Positions 33,209-42,136 of a stretch of 64,000 bases of DNA are shown piece by piece; within the stretch, counting starts at the first letter, position 1, and every line of letters begins with the position of its first letter. Location: contig CBDHGZ010000004.1 of assembly GCA_965263315.1 (NCBI GenBank), forward strand, positions 489,251-553,250, in the 5' to 3' direction. The position numbers and the translations under genes were made by a program. The stretch is from Lacipirellulaceae bacterium. Lineage in GTDB: Bacteria > Planctomycetota > Planctomycetia > Pirellulales > Lacipirellulaceae. Below the pieces are notes generated by a model. It was not told the origin of the DNA, made no database searches, and was given only the letters and a program-made list of their open reading frames with translations.

Positions 33209-34801
33209 ATGCGCAGCATCGAGATTTACGACACCACGCTCCGAGATGGCGCCCAGGGTGAGGGGGTGAACTTCTCGTTAGAAGACAAAGTGCTGATTGC
33301 ACGTCGGCTTGATGAGCTGGGGTTTGACTACGTGGAGGGTGGCTATCCGCTGTCCAATCCTAAAGATGCCGAGTTCTTCCAGCGAATGGCGGCCGAGCCG
33401 CTGAGGAACAGCAAGGTTTGCGCGTTCGGCATGACCCGCCGCAAGGGCGTGAAGCCGGCGGACGATCCGGGGATGCAAGCGCTGATGGCGAGCGAGGCGC
33501 CCGTTGTGACGATTGTGGGCAAGACCAGCGCGTTTCATGTGGCGGAGGTGCTTCGCGTTAGCGAGCAAGAGAACCTCGACATGATCGCAGAGACTGTGGC
33601 CTATTTTGTCGAGCAGGGACGCGAGGTGATCTACGATGCCGAGCACTTCTTCGACGGTTGGAAACTTGACGCTGCCTACGCCGCCAAAACAATTCAAGCC
33701 GCTGCCGATGCGGGCGCCATTCGCATCGTAATGTGCGACACCAATGGCGGCTCGATGCCGGAGGAAGTGGCCCGAATCACCAAGGAAGCGGCGGCGATTG
33801 TGCAGACGCCGCTAGGCATTCACACGCACAACGACTGCGACTTGTCCGTGGCTAATTCACTAGCAGCGGTCGACGCCGGCGCCGTGCATGTGCAGGGCAC
33901 CATCAATGGCTTGGGCGAAAGGTGTGGCAACGCCGATCTGGTATCAACCGCGGCCAACCTAGCGCTAAAGAAGGAAGGCTACGAAGTCCTCGGTGGCGGC
34001 GCGCAGCAGAATCAAGCTCTGGAGCATCTGACCGAGCTGTCTCGCTATGTCTACGAGATTGCCAACATGAGCTACCGCACGAACCAGGCGTTCGTCGGTC
34101 CCAGCGCCTTCGCCCATAAGGGTGGCATGCATGTGCACGCCATCAATCGTGTAGCGGCCAGCTACGAGCACATTTCGCCCGAGACGATTGGCAACGAGCG
34201 CCGGGTATTGGTCAGCGAGTTATCTGGCCGGTCGAACATCGTGGCCATGGCCACCAAACACAACATTGCGGAAGACAAGCAATTGATGGATGCGATCCTC
34301 CGCGAGGTGGTTGATCGCGAAAACTCGGGCTACCAGTACGAAGCAGCCGAGGCTTCCTTTGCCTTGTTGGTCCGGAAACTAGCTGGCACGTTTACGCCCC
34401 ACTTTGAGCTCGTGAAGTTCCATGCGGAGGTCGAAAGCCGCGGTGGCCAGCCGGTGACCGAGTCGACCGTCAAGTTGCTCGTCGCCGACGAAGTCCGCCA
34501 TGAAGTGGCCGAGGGCGATGGTCCCGTGAACGCGCTGGACGCCGCTTTGCGAAAGGCCCTCAATGGCCACTTCCCGGCGCTCGATCAGATGCAATTGGTT
34601 GACTACAAGGTCCGCGTCGTCAACTCCGAAGCCGCCACGGCCGCCAAGGTCCGCGTGGTAATCGAAACCCGCGACGCCGATGGCGAAGTCTGGGGCGCCG
34701 TGGGCGTCGATGAAAACATCATCCAGGCCAGCTGGGAAGCGCTGGTCGACAGCTTCGAATACAAACTCTGCAAACAAGAGGGGCTTGGGACCACGGCCTA
34801 G
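33209..34801 (+). CDS. cimA: (R)-citramalate synthase / 2-isopropylmalate synthase family (530 aa, CimA-type with C-terminal regulatory domain)
   Basis: N-terminal DRE-TIM barrel motifs (IYDTTLRDGAQGEGV, HTHNDCDLSVANSLAAV) and the LeuA-dimer C-terminal domain. Length and architecture fit citramalate synthase (TIGR00977-like). Confidence 0.75.
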   Translation: MRSIEIYDTTLRDGAQGEGVNFSLEDKVLIARRLDELGFDYVEGGYPLSNPKDAEFFQRMAAEPLRNSKVCAFGMTRRKGVKPADDPGMQALMASEAPVVTIVGKTSAFHVAEVLRVSEQENLDMIAETVAYFVEQGREVIYDAEHFFDGWKLDAAYAAKTIQAAADAGAIRIVMCDTNGGSMPEEVARITKEAAAIVQTPLGIHTHNDCDLSVANSLAAVDAGAVHVQGTINGLGERCGNADLVSTAANLALKKEGYEVLGGGAQQNQALEHLTELSRYVYEIANMSYRTNQAFVGPSAFAHKGGMHVHAINRVAASYEHISPETIGNERRVLVSELSGRSNIVAMATKHNIAEDKQLMDAILREVVDRENSGYQYEAAEASFALLVRKLAGTFTPHFELVKFHAEVESRGGQPVTESTVKLLVADEVRHEVAEGDGPVNALDAALRKALNGHFPALDQMQLVDYKVRVVNSEAATAAKVRVVIETRDADGEVWGAVGVDENIIQASWEALVDSFEYKLCKQEGLGTTA

Positions 34802-34906
34802 GGGCCCGGGCTTCTCAGCCCTGGCCACCCTGCAAGCGAACCCCTGCTTCCTGGTATCTTGTTTGGCTCTTGGAAGACTCCGTGCCCTCTGTGATGCCGT
34901 GGTGCT

Positions 34907-37900
34907 ATGCCCCCGACCGACCTCGCCAGCTTACCTGCTCAGTACGATCACGCCGCCGCTCAGGCGAAGTGGTACAGCTTTTGGGAATCAAACGGCTATT
35001 TCCACGCAGACGCCAAGAGCGACAAGCCACCGTTCACAATCGTTATCCCGCCGCCGAACGTGACCGGCGCGCTTCATCTGGGACACGCCCTGAACAACAC
35101 GCTGCAGGATATTCTTTGCCGCATGAAGCGGATGCAGGGTTTTAATGTTTTGTGGCAGCCCGGCACCGACCACGCCGGGATTGCGACGCAGGCCCGCGTT
35201 GAGAAAAGGCTGCTGGAGACCGAGGGTAAATCGCGTCACGACCTGGGCCGCGAGGGCCTGGTCGACCGCATCTGGCAGTGGAAAGACCAGTACGAAGCCC
35301 GCATCACCGGTCAGCTCAAGCAGCTTGGTTGTTCTTGCGATTGGGAGCGACAACGGTTCACGCTGGACGATCAGTGCGCCCGGGCCGTGCGGGAGACGTT
35401 CTTCAAGCTCTTCGCCGACGGGAAGATCTACCGCGGCAAGCGACTGGTTAACTGGGACACCTACCTGCAAACGGCCGTCAGCGACGACGAGGTGTTCCAC
35501 GAGGAGAAGAAGGGCCACTTCTGGCATTTTCATTACCCGGTCGTTGATCCGCAGCCGGGCGAGCCGACGTCCGTCGAGATCGCTACCACCCGGCCCGAGA
35601 CGATGCTCGGTGACACCGCCGTGGCGGTGCATCCCGACCCCGCCAAGCAACTCGCCAAGGTCGAAGCGGAGTTGAAGGAAAAACTCGCGGCGGCGAAGGA
35701 GAACGAACGTGAGCCGATTGAGAAGCAGCTCGAAGCGCTCGCCGAGCGGCGCACCACGATGCTGCCGAAGCTTGAACAGTTACGCGACATGGCCGCGCGG
35801 GGCGTGAAGCTCCAACTGCCGCTGTGCGATCGCGAGATCCCGCTCATCGCCGACATCTGGGCCAAGCCAGAACTCGGCTCGGGCTGCGTGAAGATCACCC
35901 CCGCGCACGACGCCAACGACTACGAGGTTTGGCAGCGCACCGTCAATGGGGACGGGGCTGACATCGGCGCGATTAACATCATGAACGCCGACGGCACGCT
36001 GAACGACACCGTGCCGGAGGCGTTCCGCGGCCTGACGATGAAGAAGGCCCGCACGGCAGTAATCGAAGCGCTGGAGGCCTGCGGCGCACACGATCCGGAG
36101 TCCGATGTCGAAGACCGCGTGATCGACCTTGCCCACAGCGACCGGTCGAAGACGCCGATCGAGCCGTACCTGGCCGACCAGTGGTTCGTGAAGATGGATG
36201 AGTTGGCCCAGTCCGCGATGGACGCCGTGACCAGTGGCAAGGTGAAGATCACACCGGAACGTTACACGAAGACTTACCTCGACTGGCTCAGCGAAAAACG
36301 CGATTGGCCCGTCGGTCGCCAGTTGTGGTGGGGGCATCGGATTCCGATTTGGAGTGAGGGTGACTACCCAGAAGGAAAGCAAGTAGCTGACGAGCAAGCG
36401 TCAATTGGGCGCGAAGAAGCCTTCATTCGGCAGATGAATTCTTGGGAAGAATCGGGTCGCATTGCGGTCAGGTCTCGCCAAGGGTCATTGAAACAGAAAG
36501 TTGATGAGCAGCGATTACGTCAGGTGCTAGTGTGCGTCCGCGATGAAGCGGATATGGAAGTGGTTAGACGATTGTCCGAGCACGGCTTCAAGCAAGACGA
36601 AGAGGTCCTCGACACTTGGTTCAGCTCCGCCCTCTGGCCGTTCTCCACGCTTGGCTGGCCGGAGTCGACCGAGGAACTCAAGACCTTCTACCCGACCAGC
36701 GTACTGATCACTTCGCGGGACATCATCACACTGTGGGTCGCGCGGATGGTGTTGATGGGGCTCTACAACAAGCCTCTCGGTGACGACGGGGACGCGATTC
36801 CTTTCCCGGAGGTCTACATCCACCCCAAGATTCTCGACGGCTTCGGCGAAACGATGAGCAAGTCGAAGGGGAACGGCGTCGACCCGCTCGACGTGATCGA
36901 CAAGTTCGGGGCCGACGCCCTGCGGTTCGGCATCGCGTACCTGACGACCGAAACGCAGGACGTGCGGATGCCGGTGGAGTTCGTCTGCCCGCACTGCGAC
37001 GCGACGATCAAGCAGACGAAGAAGAACCGCATCTTGCCGCTGGTGGAGTGCGACAAGTGCCAGCAGCCCTTCAGCACGCAGTGGGCGGAGACCGAGGAGG
37101 AGAAGTCGCACGCCCGCGGCGCCGTGACCAGCGAGCGGTTTGAGCTGGGCCGAAACTTCTGCAACAAACTGTGGAACGCCAGCCGATTCGCGTTAACCAA
37201 TCTTGAGGGCTACCAGCCGGCGGCGATCGCCGCCAACGACTTGCGGATCGAAGACCGCTGGCTGTTGTCTCGGTTGGCGACCGTGACGCGCGAGGTGACC
37301 GAAGCGCTGGAAACGTACCGCTATGCCGATGCGGCCCGCACGCTGTACGACTTCGCCTGGAACGAGTTCTGTAGCTTCTACGTCGAGATGACGAAGGCCC
37401 GATTCAGCGAGGCGGGCGCCGACAAGCAAGTCGCCCAGGCGGTGCTGGCCCACGCACTCGATACGCTCCTGCGGCTGCTGCACCCGATGACGCCGTTCTT
37501 GACCGAAGAGGTTTGGCAGTTGTTGGGCGAAGTGGCGCCTGTGAGAGGCTTCGAGCCAGCGGCCTCGCCCGCGGTCGAGTCCGTGTGCGTGGCTGCTTGG
37601 CCAGAGGTTAGCACGGCAGACTCGGACGCGTCCATCGAAGCACAGTTTGCCAGTTTTCAGGCCGTGTTGGGCGTCGTCCGCGAGGTTCGCCAAGGTCAGG
37701 GGATTCCTTGGACAGAAACCCTGGAGTTTGCCGTCAAGTGCGATGCCGAGACGGCCACGCTGCTAGAGCCGATGACCCCGTACTTCGCACAAATGGCCAA
37801 GGCGACTCCCACGGCGATGGGCCCCGCGGCTACGGCGCCCGATGTAACGGTTAGCAAACCGGCCGCCGGTGGCGAGGTGCATGTGGACGTCAGCCAGTTC

Positions 37901-38107
37901 ATCGATGTCGACGCGGAGATCAAGCGGCTCACCAAGGAACGCGACCAAAAAGCCAAGTTCGTCAAAGGCCTGGAAGGCAAGCTGGCGAACGACAAGTTCG
38001 TGGCCAACGCTCCGGCGGAGGTCGTCGAGCAAGAGCGCGGCAAGCTTGCCGACGCACAGCAAGCGATTGCCGCGCTCGATGCATCGTTGGCAAAACTCTC
38101 CGGTTGA
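34907..38107 (+). CDS. valS: valine--tRNA ligase
   Basis: 1066 aa; HIGH-region (PPPNVTGALHLGHALN), KMSKS (ETMSKSKGNG), editing domain and C-terminal coiled-coil. Confidence 0.9.
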   Translation: MPPTDLASLPAQYDHAAAQAKWYSFWESNGYFHADAKSDKPPFTIVIPPPNVTGALHLGHALNNTLQDILCRMKRMQGFNVLWQPGTDHAGIATQARVEKRLLETEGKSRHDLGREGLVDRIWQWKDQYEARITGQLKQLGCSCDWERQRFTLDDQCARAVRETFFKLFADGKIYRGKRLVNWDTYLQTAVSDDEVFHEEKKGHFWHFHYPVVDPQPGEPTSVEIATTRPETMLGDTAVAVHPDPAKQLAKVEAELKEKLAAAKENEREPIEKQLEALAERRTTMLPKLEQLRDMAARGVKLQLPLCDREIPLIADIWAKPELGSGCVKITPAHDANDYEVWQRTVNGDGADIGAINIMNADGTLNDTVPEAFRGLTMKKARTAVIEALEACGAHDPESDVEDRVIDLAHSDRSKTPIEPYLADQWFVKMDELAQSAMDAVTSGKVKITPERYTKTYLDWLSEKRDWPVGRQLWWGHRIPIWSEGDYPEGKQVADEQASIGREEAFIRQMNSWEESGRIAVRSRQGSLKQKVDEQRLRQVLVCVRDEADMEVVRRLSEHGFKQDEEVLDTWFSSALWPFSTLGWPESTEELKTFYPTSVLITSRDIITLWVARMVLMGLYNKPLGDDGDAIPFPEVYIHPKILDGFGETMSKSKGNGVDPLDVIDKFGADALRFGIAYLTTETQDVRMPVEFVCPHCDATIKQTKKNRILPLVECDKCQQPFSTQWAETEEEKSHARGAVTSERFELGRNFCNKLWNASRFALTNLEGYQPAAIAANDLRIEDRWLLSRLATVTREVTEALETYRYADAARTLYDFAWNEFCSFYVEMTKARFSEAGADKQVAQAVLAHALDTLLRLLHPMTPFLTEEVWQLLGEVAPVRGFEPAASPAVESVCVAAWPEVSTADSDASIEAQFASFQAVLGVVREVRQGQGIPWTETLEFAVKCDAETATLLEPMTPYFAQMAKATPTAMGPAATAPDVTVSKPAAGGEVHVDVSQFIDVDAEIKRLTKERDQKAKFVKGLEGKLANDKFVANAPAEVVEQERGKLADAQQAIAALDASLAKLSG

Positions 38108-38129
38108 CGCTTTGCCGCCTGGCGGTGGC

Positions 38130-38567
38130 TTAGTCACGCAGCACGAGCACGGGGCAATGGGCCGATCGGACTACACGCTCTGCGACTGATCCCACAAACA
38201 GCCGTTGCAGACCATGCCGGCCGTGCGAAGGCATCAGGATCAGGTCGTAGTGATGCTCCTCAGCAAACTTGGCAATCTCTTCAACCGGGTAGCCAAACAC
38301 CACTTGGAAATTGACTTCCTTGCGCCAGCGGCCATCGTCCTTGCCGCGGAAGGCGACTTCCAGCCGCTCGCGACGTGTCTCGTCTGAGATCGCCTCCCAG
38401 ACGATTGCCGGGTCGGCCACGGCGTATGCTTCCAACGGGGGGGCGACGTGGAGCACGGTCACATCGCCCGGGTCATCAACCAGAGTTAAGGCTTCACGGA
38501 TGGCCTGTTCAGATTCTTCGGAGAAGTCGGTCGGCGCCAGCACCCGTTTACTGGGGATACGGATCAT
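38130..38567 (-). CDS. universal stress protein (UspA family)
   Basis: MIRIPSKRVLAPTDFSEESEQA ... HYDLILMPSHGRHGLQRLFVGSVAERVVRSAHCPVLVL matches the UspA fold. Start chosen at the internal Met at 38567; the ORF extends to 38645. Confidence 0.75.
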   Translation of the reverse strand: MIRIPSKRVLAPTDFSEESEQAIREALTLVDDPGDVTVLHVAPPLEAYAVADPAIVWEAISDETRRERLEVAFRGKDDGRWRKEVNFQVVFGYPVEEIAKFAEEHHYDLILMPSHGRHGLQRLFVGSVAERVVRSAHCPVLVLRD

Positions 38568-38656
38568 CGTCGGTCTCCTTCTTCGGCAGTGAGAAAAGGA
38601 AAAGACGCCTGTCCATCCGGAAGCACAAAGGGAAACCCTTGACACCCGGCAGGCGG

Positions 38657-39028
38657 CTACGAAGGCTCACTGCTGAGGCCATCGCAGCTAACAACGTCGA
38701 CTCGGTTTTCGATCCTTTCCACACCTGGCAAATCGCTTAGCGACGCCTGGAGTGATTGCTTGAGGTAGAACGACGGCACCCGGCCGGTGACGACCAGTCG
38801 TAGGCCGTGGACTGCTACCTGAATTGTATCCAAATGACCAGAAAAGTGAGGGTTTTGGCTGAGCCTGCTGAGAGCTTGGGTATAAGTTTCCTCGGCCCGC
38901 TGCTGAGGGGTGATCACCGGGAGTGTCCATAGGGGTGGCCGAGCCAGACCGAGACGACCAAGAGACGAGGGGGCCGAGGTAACCATGAGTAACTTCCCGC
39001 CTGGGTTACGAATCGTTGCCTGGAACAC
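38657..39028 (-). CDS. BON-domain protein (OsmY-like)
   Basis: ...GLRLVVTGRVPSFYLKQSLQASLSDLPGVERIENRVDV is a BON domain. The exact start is uncertain (Met at 39028 or 38986). Confidence 0.55.
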   Translation of the reverse strand: MFQATIRNPGGKLLMVTSAPSSLGRLGLARPPLWTLPVITPQQRAEETYTQALSRLSQNPHFSGHLDTIQVAVHGLRLVVTGRVPSFYLKQSLQASLSDLPGVERIENRVDVVSCDGLSSEPS

Positions 39029-39234
39029 AGCCTTGCAAATCGCGAACCAAAGCGCCCTGATCCGGTTGCGCCGGGCTTTTGGCTTGCCTCGACGTTTTCG
39101 TCTATCCGGGGGGCGTGCGGCGGTGTCTCACTTGTTGTGCCTCTGCCGCACAACCGCACGCTGTCGGCTGTCTTTTACTGGCTCGGCGTGCTAGAAAACG
39201 AGAAGTTCCACGGAAATTTTGTCAGGACGGTTGG

Positions 39235-40698
39235 ATGTCGCTGGAGTCGCTGCAGAGCTACCGTGAAGTTGCCTACTACGTGGGCTGGTCTGACGAGGAT
39301 GCCGAGCGTCTGGTTGCAGCGAGCGATTTGTTGCTGGCCGAAGCCGAGTGGCTGGTGAATGATTTCTATCAAGAGATTGGTAGACACCCGGAAGCCGCAG
39401 CCGTCATCACGGGCGGTGAGGCGCAGATAGGTCGACTGAAGAAGACTCTGCTGGAGTGGTTGCGGCGGCTCGTGAAAGGGCCGTTTGACGCAGAGTACCT
39501 AGCCGCACGGACCGAAGTAGGTCGACGCCACGTGGCGATTGGGCTCGAGCAGAGGTTCGCCAGCGCCGCGCTAGCGCGATTGCGAAGCGGCCTAACGCGC
39601 AGCTTGGCCAGCCGCTGGGAGGGCTCGCCAGCCGATTTGATGCAACTGGTCGATTCGATCGACAAACGGATCGACCTCGATGCCATCATCATTCAAGAAG
39701 CATACCAAGAAGCTCACTTGGCGAAGCATCAGTCGTTGAGCAAGGAGAATCTCCAGTTGCGCGCGGTCTTGCAGCGCCACGCGCCGCCGATGGATATGGT
39801 AGGCGATTCGGCGGCAATGCAGGCCGTGTATCAGCTGATTGAGCGGGCCGGGCCAACCGACAAGCCGATCCTCGTGCAGGGAGAGACAGGGGTTGGTAAA
39901 GAGTTAGTCGCCCGAGCCTTGCACCAATCTAGCGACCGCAGCGAACAGCCTTTGGTAACGATTAACTGTGCTGCCTTGCCAGAAAACCTGCTGGAAAGCG
40001 AACTGTTTGGACACGAAAAAGGGGCATTCACGGGCGCCGTGGCGGCCAAGCCTGGGCTGTTTGAGGTGGCCGATGGCGGGACGCTCTTTATCGACGAAAT
40101 TGGTGAGCTTGCAGGCGGTCTCCAGGCGAAGCTCTTAAGGGTACTTGAAGATGGCGCTTTCCGACGTGTCGGCTCGGTGAAAGAGACGCGAACCTCCGTA
40201 CGCATCTTAGCGGCCACCAACCGAGATCTGGGGCAAGAAGTTCAAGCGGGACGGTTTCGCGAGGACCTCTACTATCGGATCAACGTGATTTGTATCCAAC
40301 TCCCGCCGCTCCGCTCTCGCGAGGGCGATCTTGCCCAGCTGGTGCAACATTTTGCAGGCGAGGAATGGTCACTCGAGCCTGGTTTACTAAGTTTGCTACA
40401 GTCTTACGGTTGGCCAGGCAACATACGCCAGCTGCAGAACGCTATCGAGCGCGCGAAGATTCTGGCGCAAGACGAGATCCTGCGCGCCGAGAATCTTCCG
40501 CCGGAGATCGTGCGCGTGAGCCATCGCCCCAATACTCCTCCGCCTCGCAAAGGTGAAGATCTTGAGTCGATCAACCGGGCGCATATCGCGGAGACGCTTG
40601 AGCGCTTTCATGGCAACAAGAGTCGAGCAGCGCGGGCGCTGGGGGTCAGCCGCCGGGCGATCTATCGCTTGATCGAGAAGTACGGATTGGACGCCTAG
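39235..40698 (+). CDS. sigma-54-dependent transcriptional activator with an N-terminal globin-coupled-sensor (protoglobin) domain
   Basis: N-terminal DFYQEIGRHPEAAAVI...GRLKKTLLEWLRRLVKGPFDAEYLAARTEVGRRHVAIGL resembles the protoglobin sensor globin. Followed by AAA+ sigma54-interaction domain (GETGVGKE, GAFTGA, ESELFGHEKGAFTGA) and a C-terminal Fis-type HTH. Confidence 0.7.
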   Translation: MSLESLQSYREVAYYVGWSDEDAERLVAASDLLLAEAEWLVNDFYQEIGRHPEAAAVITGGEAQIGRLKKTLLEWLRRLVKGPFDAEYLAARTEVGRRHVAIGLEQRFASAALARLRSGLTRSLASRWEGSPADLMQLVDSIDKRIDLDAIIIQEAYQEAHLAKHQSLSKENLQLRAVLQRHAPPMDMVGDSAAMQAVYQLIERAGPTDKPILVQGETGVGKELVARALHQSSDRSEQPLVTINCAALPENLLESELFGHEKGAFTGAVAAKPGLFEVADGGTLFIDEIGELAGGLQAKLLRVLEDGAFRRVGSVKETRTSVRILAATNRDLGQEVQAGRFREDLYYRINVICIQLPPLRSREGDLAQLVQHFAGEEWSLEPGLLSLLQSYGWPGNIRQLQNAIERAKILAQDEILRAENLPPEIVRVSHRPNTPPPRKGEDLESINRAHIAETLERFHGNKSRAARALGVSRRAIYRLIEKYGLDA

Positions 40699-40815
40699 CC
40701 GCTTTTCTTGGCCGAGCGGTGGGCCGTTGGGCACGGTCGTTGCAGGCGTGTTGTAGGCACGGGGATATTTCCGCCCCTCGTCTGTCGTCCCGAGCCCAAT
40801 CCGGAGGCCAGCATT

Positions 40816-41262
40816 ATGTCATTGGCTACACCCGTTTCGACTGCGGCTACCATCCAGCCGAGTGTCTGCTATCACGACGTAGACGCTTTGCTGTCTAGCT
40901 TAGTTCGTCACCTCGACGGTCCACCTTGGTCCGATCCCACGATTGCATCCTTGTTGGACAGTCTCGTTTTGCACTTAGAGGCTCATCTTGAGACGGTTCT
41001 GGAAGGCGGCTTTGCGCCTCTGGTTCACGAAGACCCTCGGCTGGCGGCGCCCGTGGAAGCCTTGCTTCGCGAGGCGAAGTCTCAGCTCTTCCGAGCGCGC
41101 GAGTTGGCCGATCGGGCTAGGCGGCAGGCACGGTTGCGGACCACATGGATCGCCATGGGTAGAGCGGTACGCGAGCTCCACCGAGCTGTCGAGCGACAAG
41201 AAGCGGCAGAACGTGAGTTGCTCAATGAGGCGTATCAGCGAGACATAGGAGCGAGGGACTGA
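40816..41262 (+). CDS. hypothetical protein, helical/coiled-coil, possibly cotranscribed with the sigma54 activator
   Basis: ORF begins 118 nt after the activator stop; no recognisable domain. Confidence 0.35.
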   Translation: MSLATPVSTAATIQPSVCYHDVDALLSSLVRHLDGPPWSDPTIASLLDSLVLHLEAHLETVLEGGFAPLVHEDPRLAAPVEALLREAKSQLFRARELADRARRQARLRTTWIAMGRAVRELHRAVERQEAAERELLNEAYQRDIGARD

Positions 41263-41502
41263 CTAGAGCAGGTTTCGAGACGCTTCTCCTCTTGAGGGGA
41301 GAAGTTGGGTGAGGGGTAAATCCTCGGTGATTCTCCACCCACTCCTAACCCCTCGCTGAAAGCTAGGGGGAATTGAAATCGGCTCTATGGCATGAGCGGG
41401 GGCGGATCCGGTAAGTGCGGCGCCAAGAGCCAAGCGAGGTATGCCGGCAAGTGAACGCAATGGTGTTTCCCGCGTTTTTGATCGGGCACGGCCACTGCGA
41501 CT

Positions 41503-41598
41503 CGCAGGAACAGAGGGCTACCCGCGAATGGCCGATTAAGCGTTTCTTGGGCTCAAGCTGGTCACGTCATTTCAAGAATCGCTGTAAGGCCGATTGCC
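41503..41598 (+). repeat. copy A of the ~90-nt repeated sequence family
   Basis: GCAGGAACAGAGGGCTACCCGCGAATGGCCGATTAAGCGTTTCTTGGGCTCAAGCTGGTCACGTCATTTCAAGAATCGCTGTAAGG. The 27-nt core GCGTTTCTTGGGCTCAAGCTGGTCACG is identical to copy B. Confidence 0.6.
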
Positions 41599-41709
41599 GC
41601 ACAGACGCTTGCCATCGCAGTGCCTTTGCAAGCTATAATGGTAACGCCGAATGGCTTGCTCACGAGAGTCGTCGGCTCGCTCAGCCAATCGTCAGCCAAG
41701 GACGCCGCC

Positions 41710-42120
41710 ATGCCTGTTGCCATGGAACTCTCGCGGATCATAATCAGCGAGATCAACGACCAGCAAGTGATCTATCTTCGCGAAGTCGACGGCGACCGAG
41801 CATTTCCCATTCTGATTGGCATCTTTGAAGCGACCAGCATCGATCGCCGCGTAAAGCAAGTTGAGTCTCCACGGCCCTTGACACATGACTTAGTGGTCCA
41901 GGCGGTTGAGTTACTTGGCGGCGATCTTCAGGACGTGGTCATCAACGATCTTCGAGACCATACCTACTACGCGCAGATCCGCGTACGACAGGATGGCGAG
42001 CTCGTAGAAATCGACGCCCGACCTTCCGATGCGATTGCCGTGGCAGTGACGTGCGATCCTCCTTTGCCGATCTATGTGGCCGAGGATGTGCTGAACGATG
42101 TGATGCGTGAGCAGGCGTAG
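41710..42120 (+). CDS. bifunctional nuclease family protein (DUF151/BFN domain)
   Basis: MPVAMELSRIIISEINDQQVIYLREVDGDRAFPILIGIFEATSI... matches the DUF151 fold. Confidence 0.7.
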   Translation: MPVAMELSRIIISEINDQQVIYLREVDGDRAFPILIGIFEATSIDRRVKQVESPRPLTHDLVVQAVELLGGDLQDVVINDLRDHTYYAQIRVRQDGELVEIDARPSDAIAVAVTCDPPLPIYVAEDVLNDVMREQA

Positions 42121-42136
42121 CGGCTATTGTGCCGAG

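Noticed and set aside
41521-41598. Reading the repeated element as protein (peptides ...KRFLGSSWSRHFKNR / ...MRFLGSSWSRQFKNR in ORFs 41415-41828 and 55038-55337)
   Set aside because: The third copy has a TAG stop at the position of a conserved Trp codon. Substitutions among copies are not enriched at synonymous sites. The host ORFs have no start-codon or RBS context and differ completely outside the 90-nt block. Nucleotide-level conservation is the simpler explanation.
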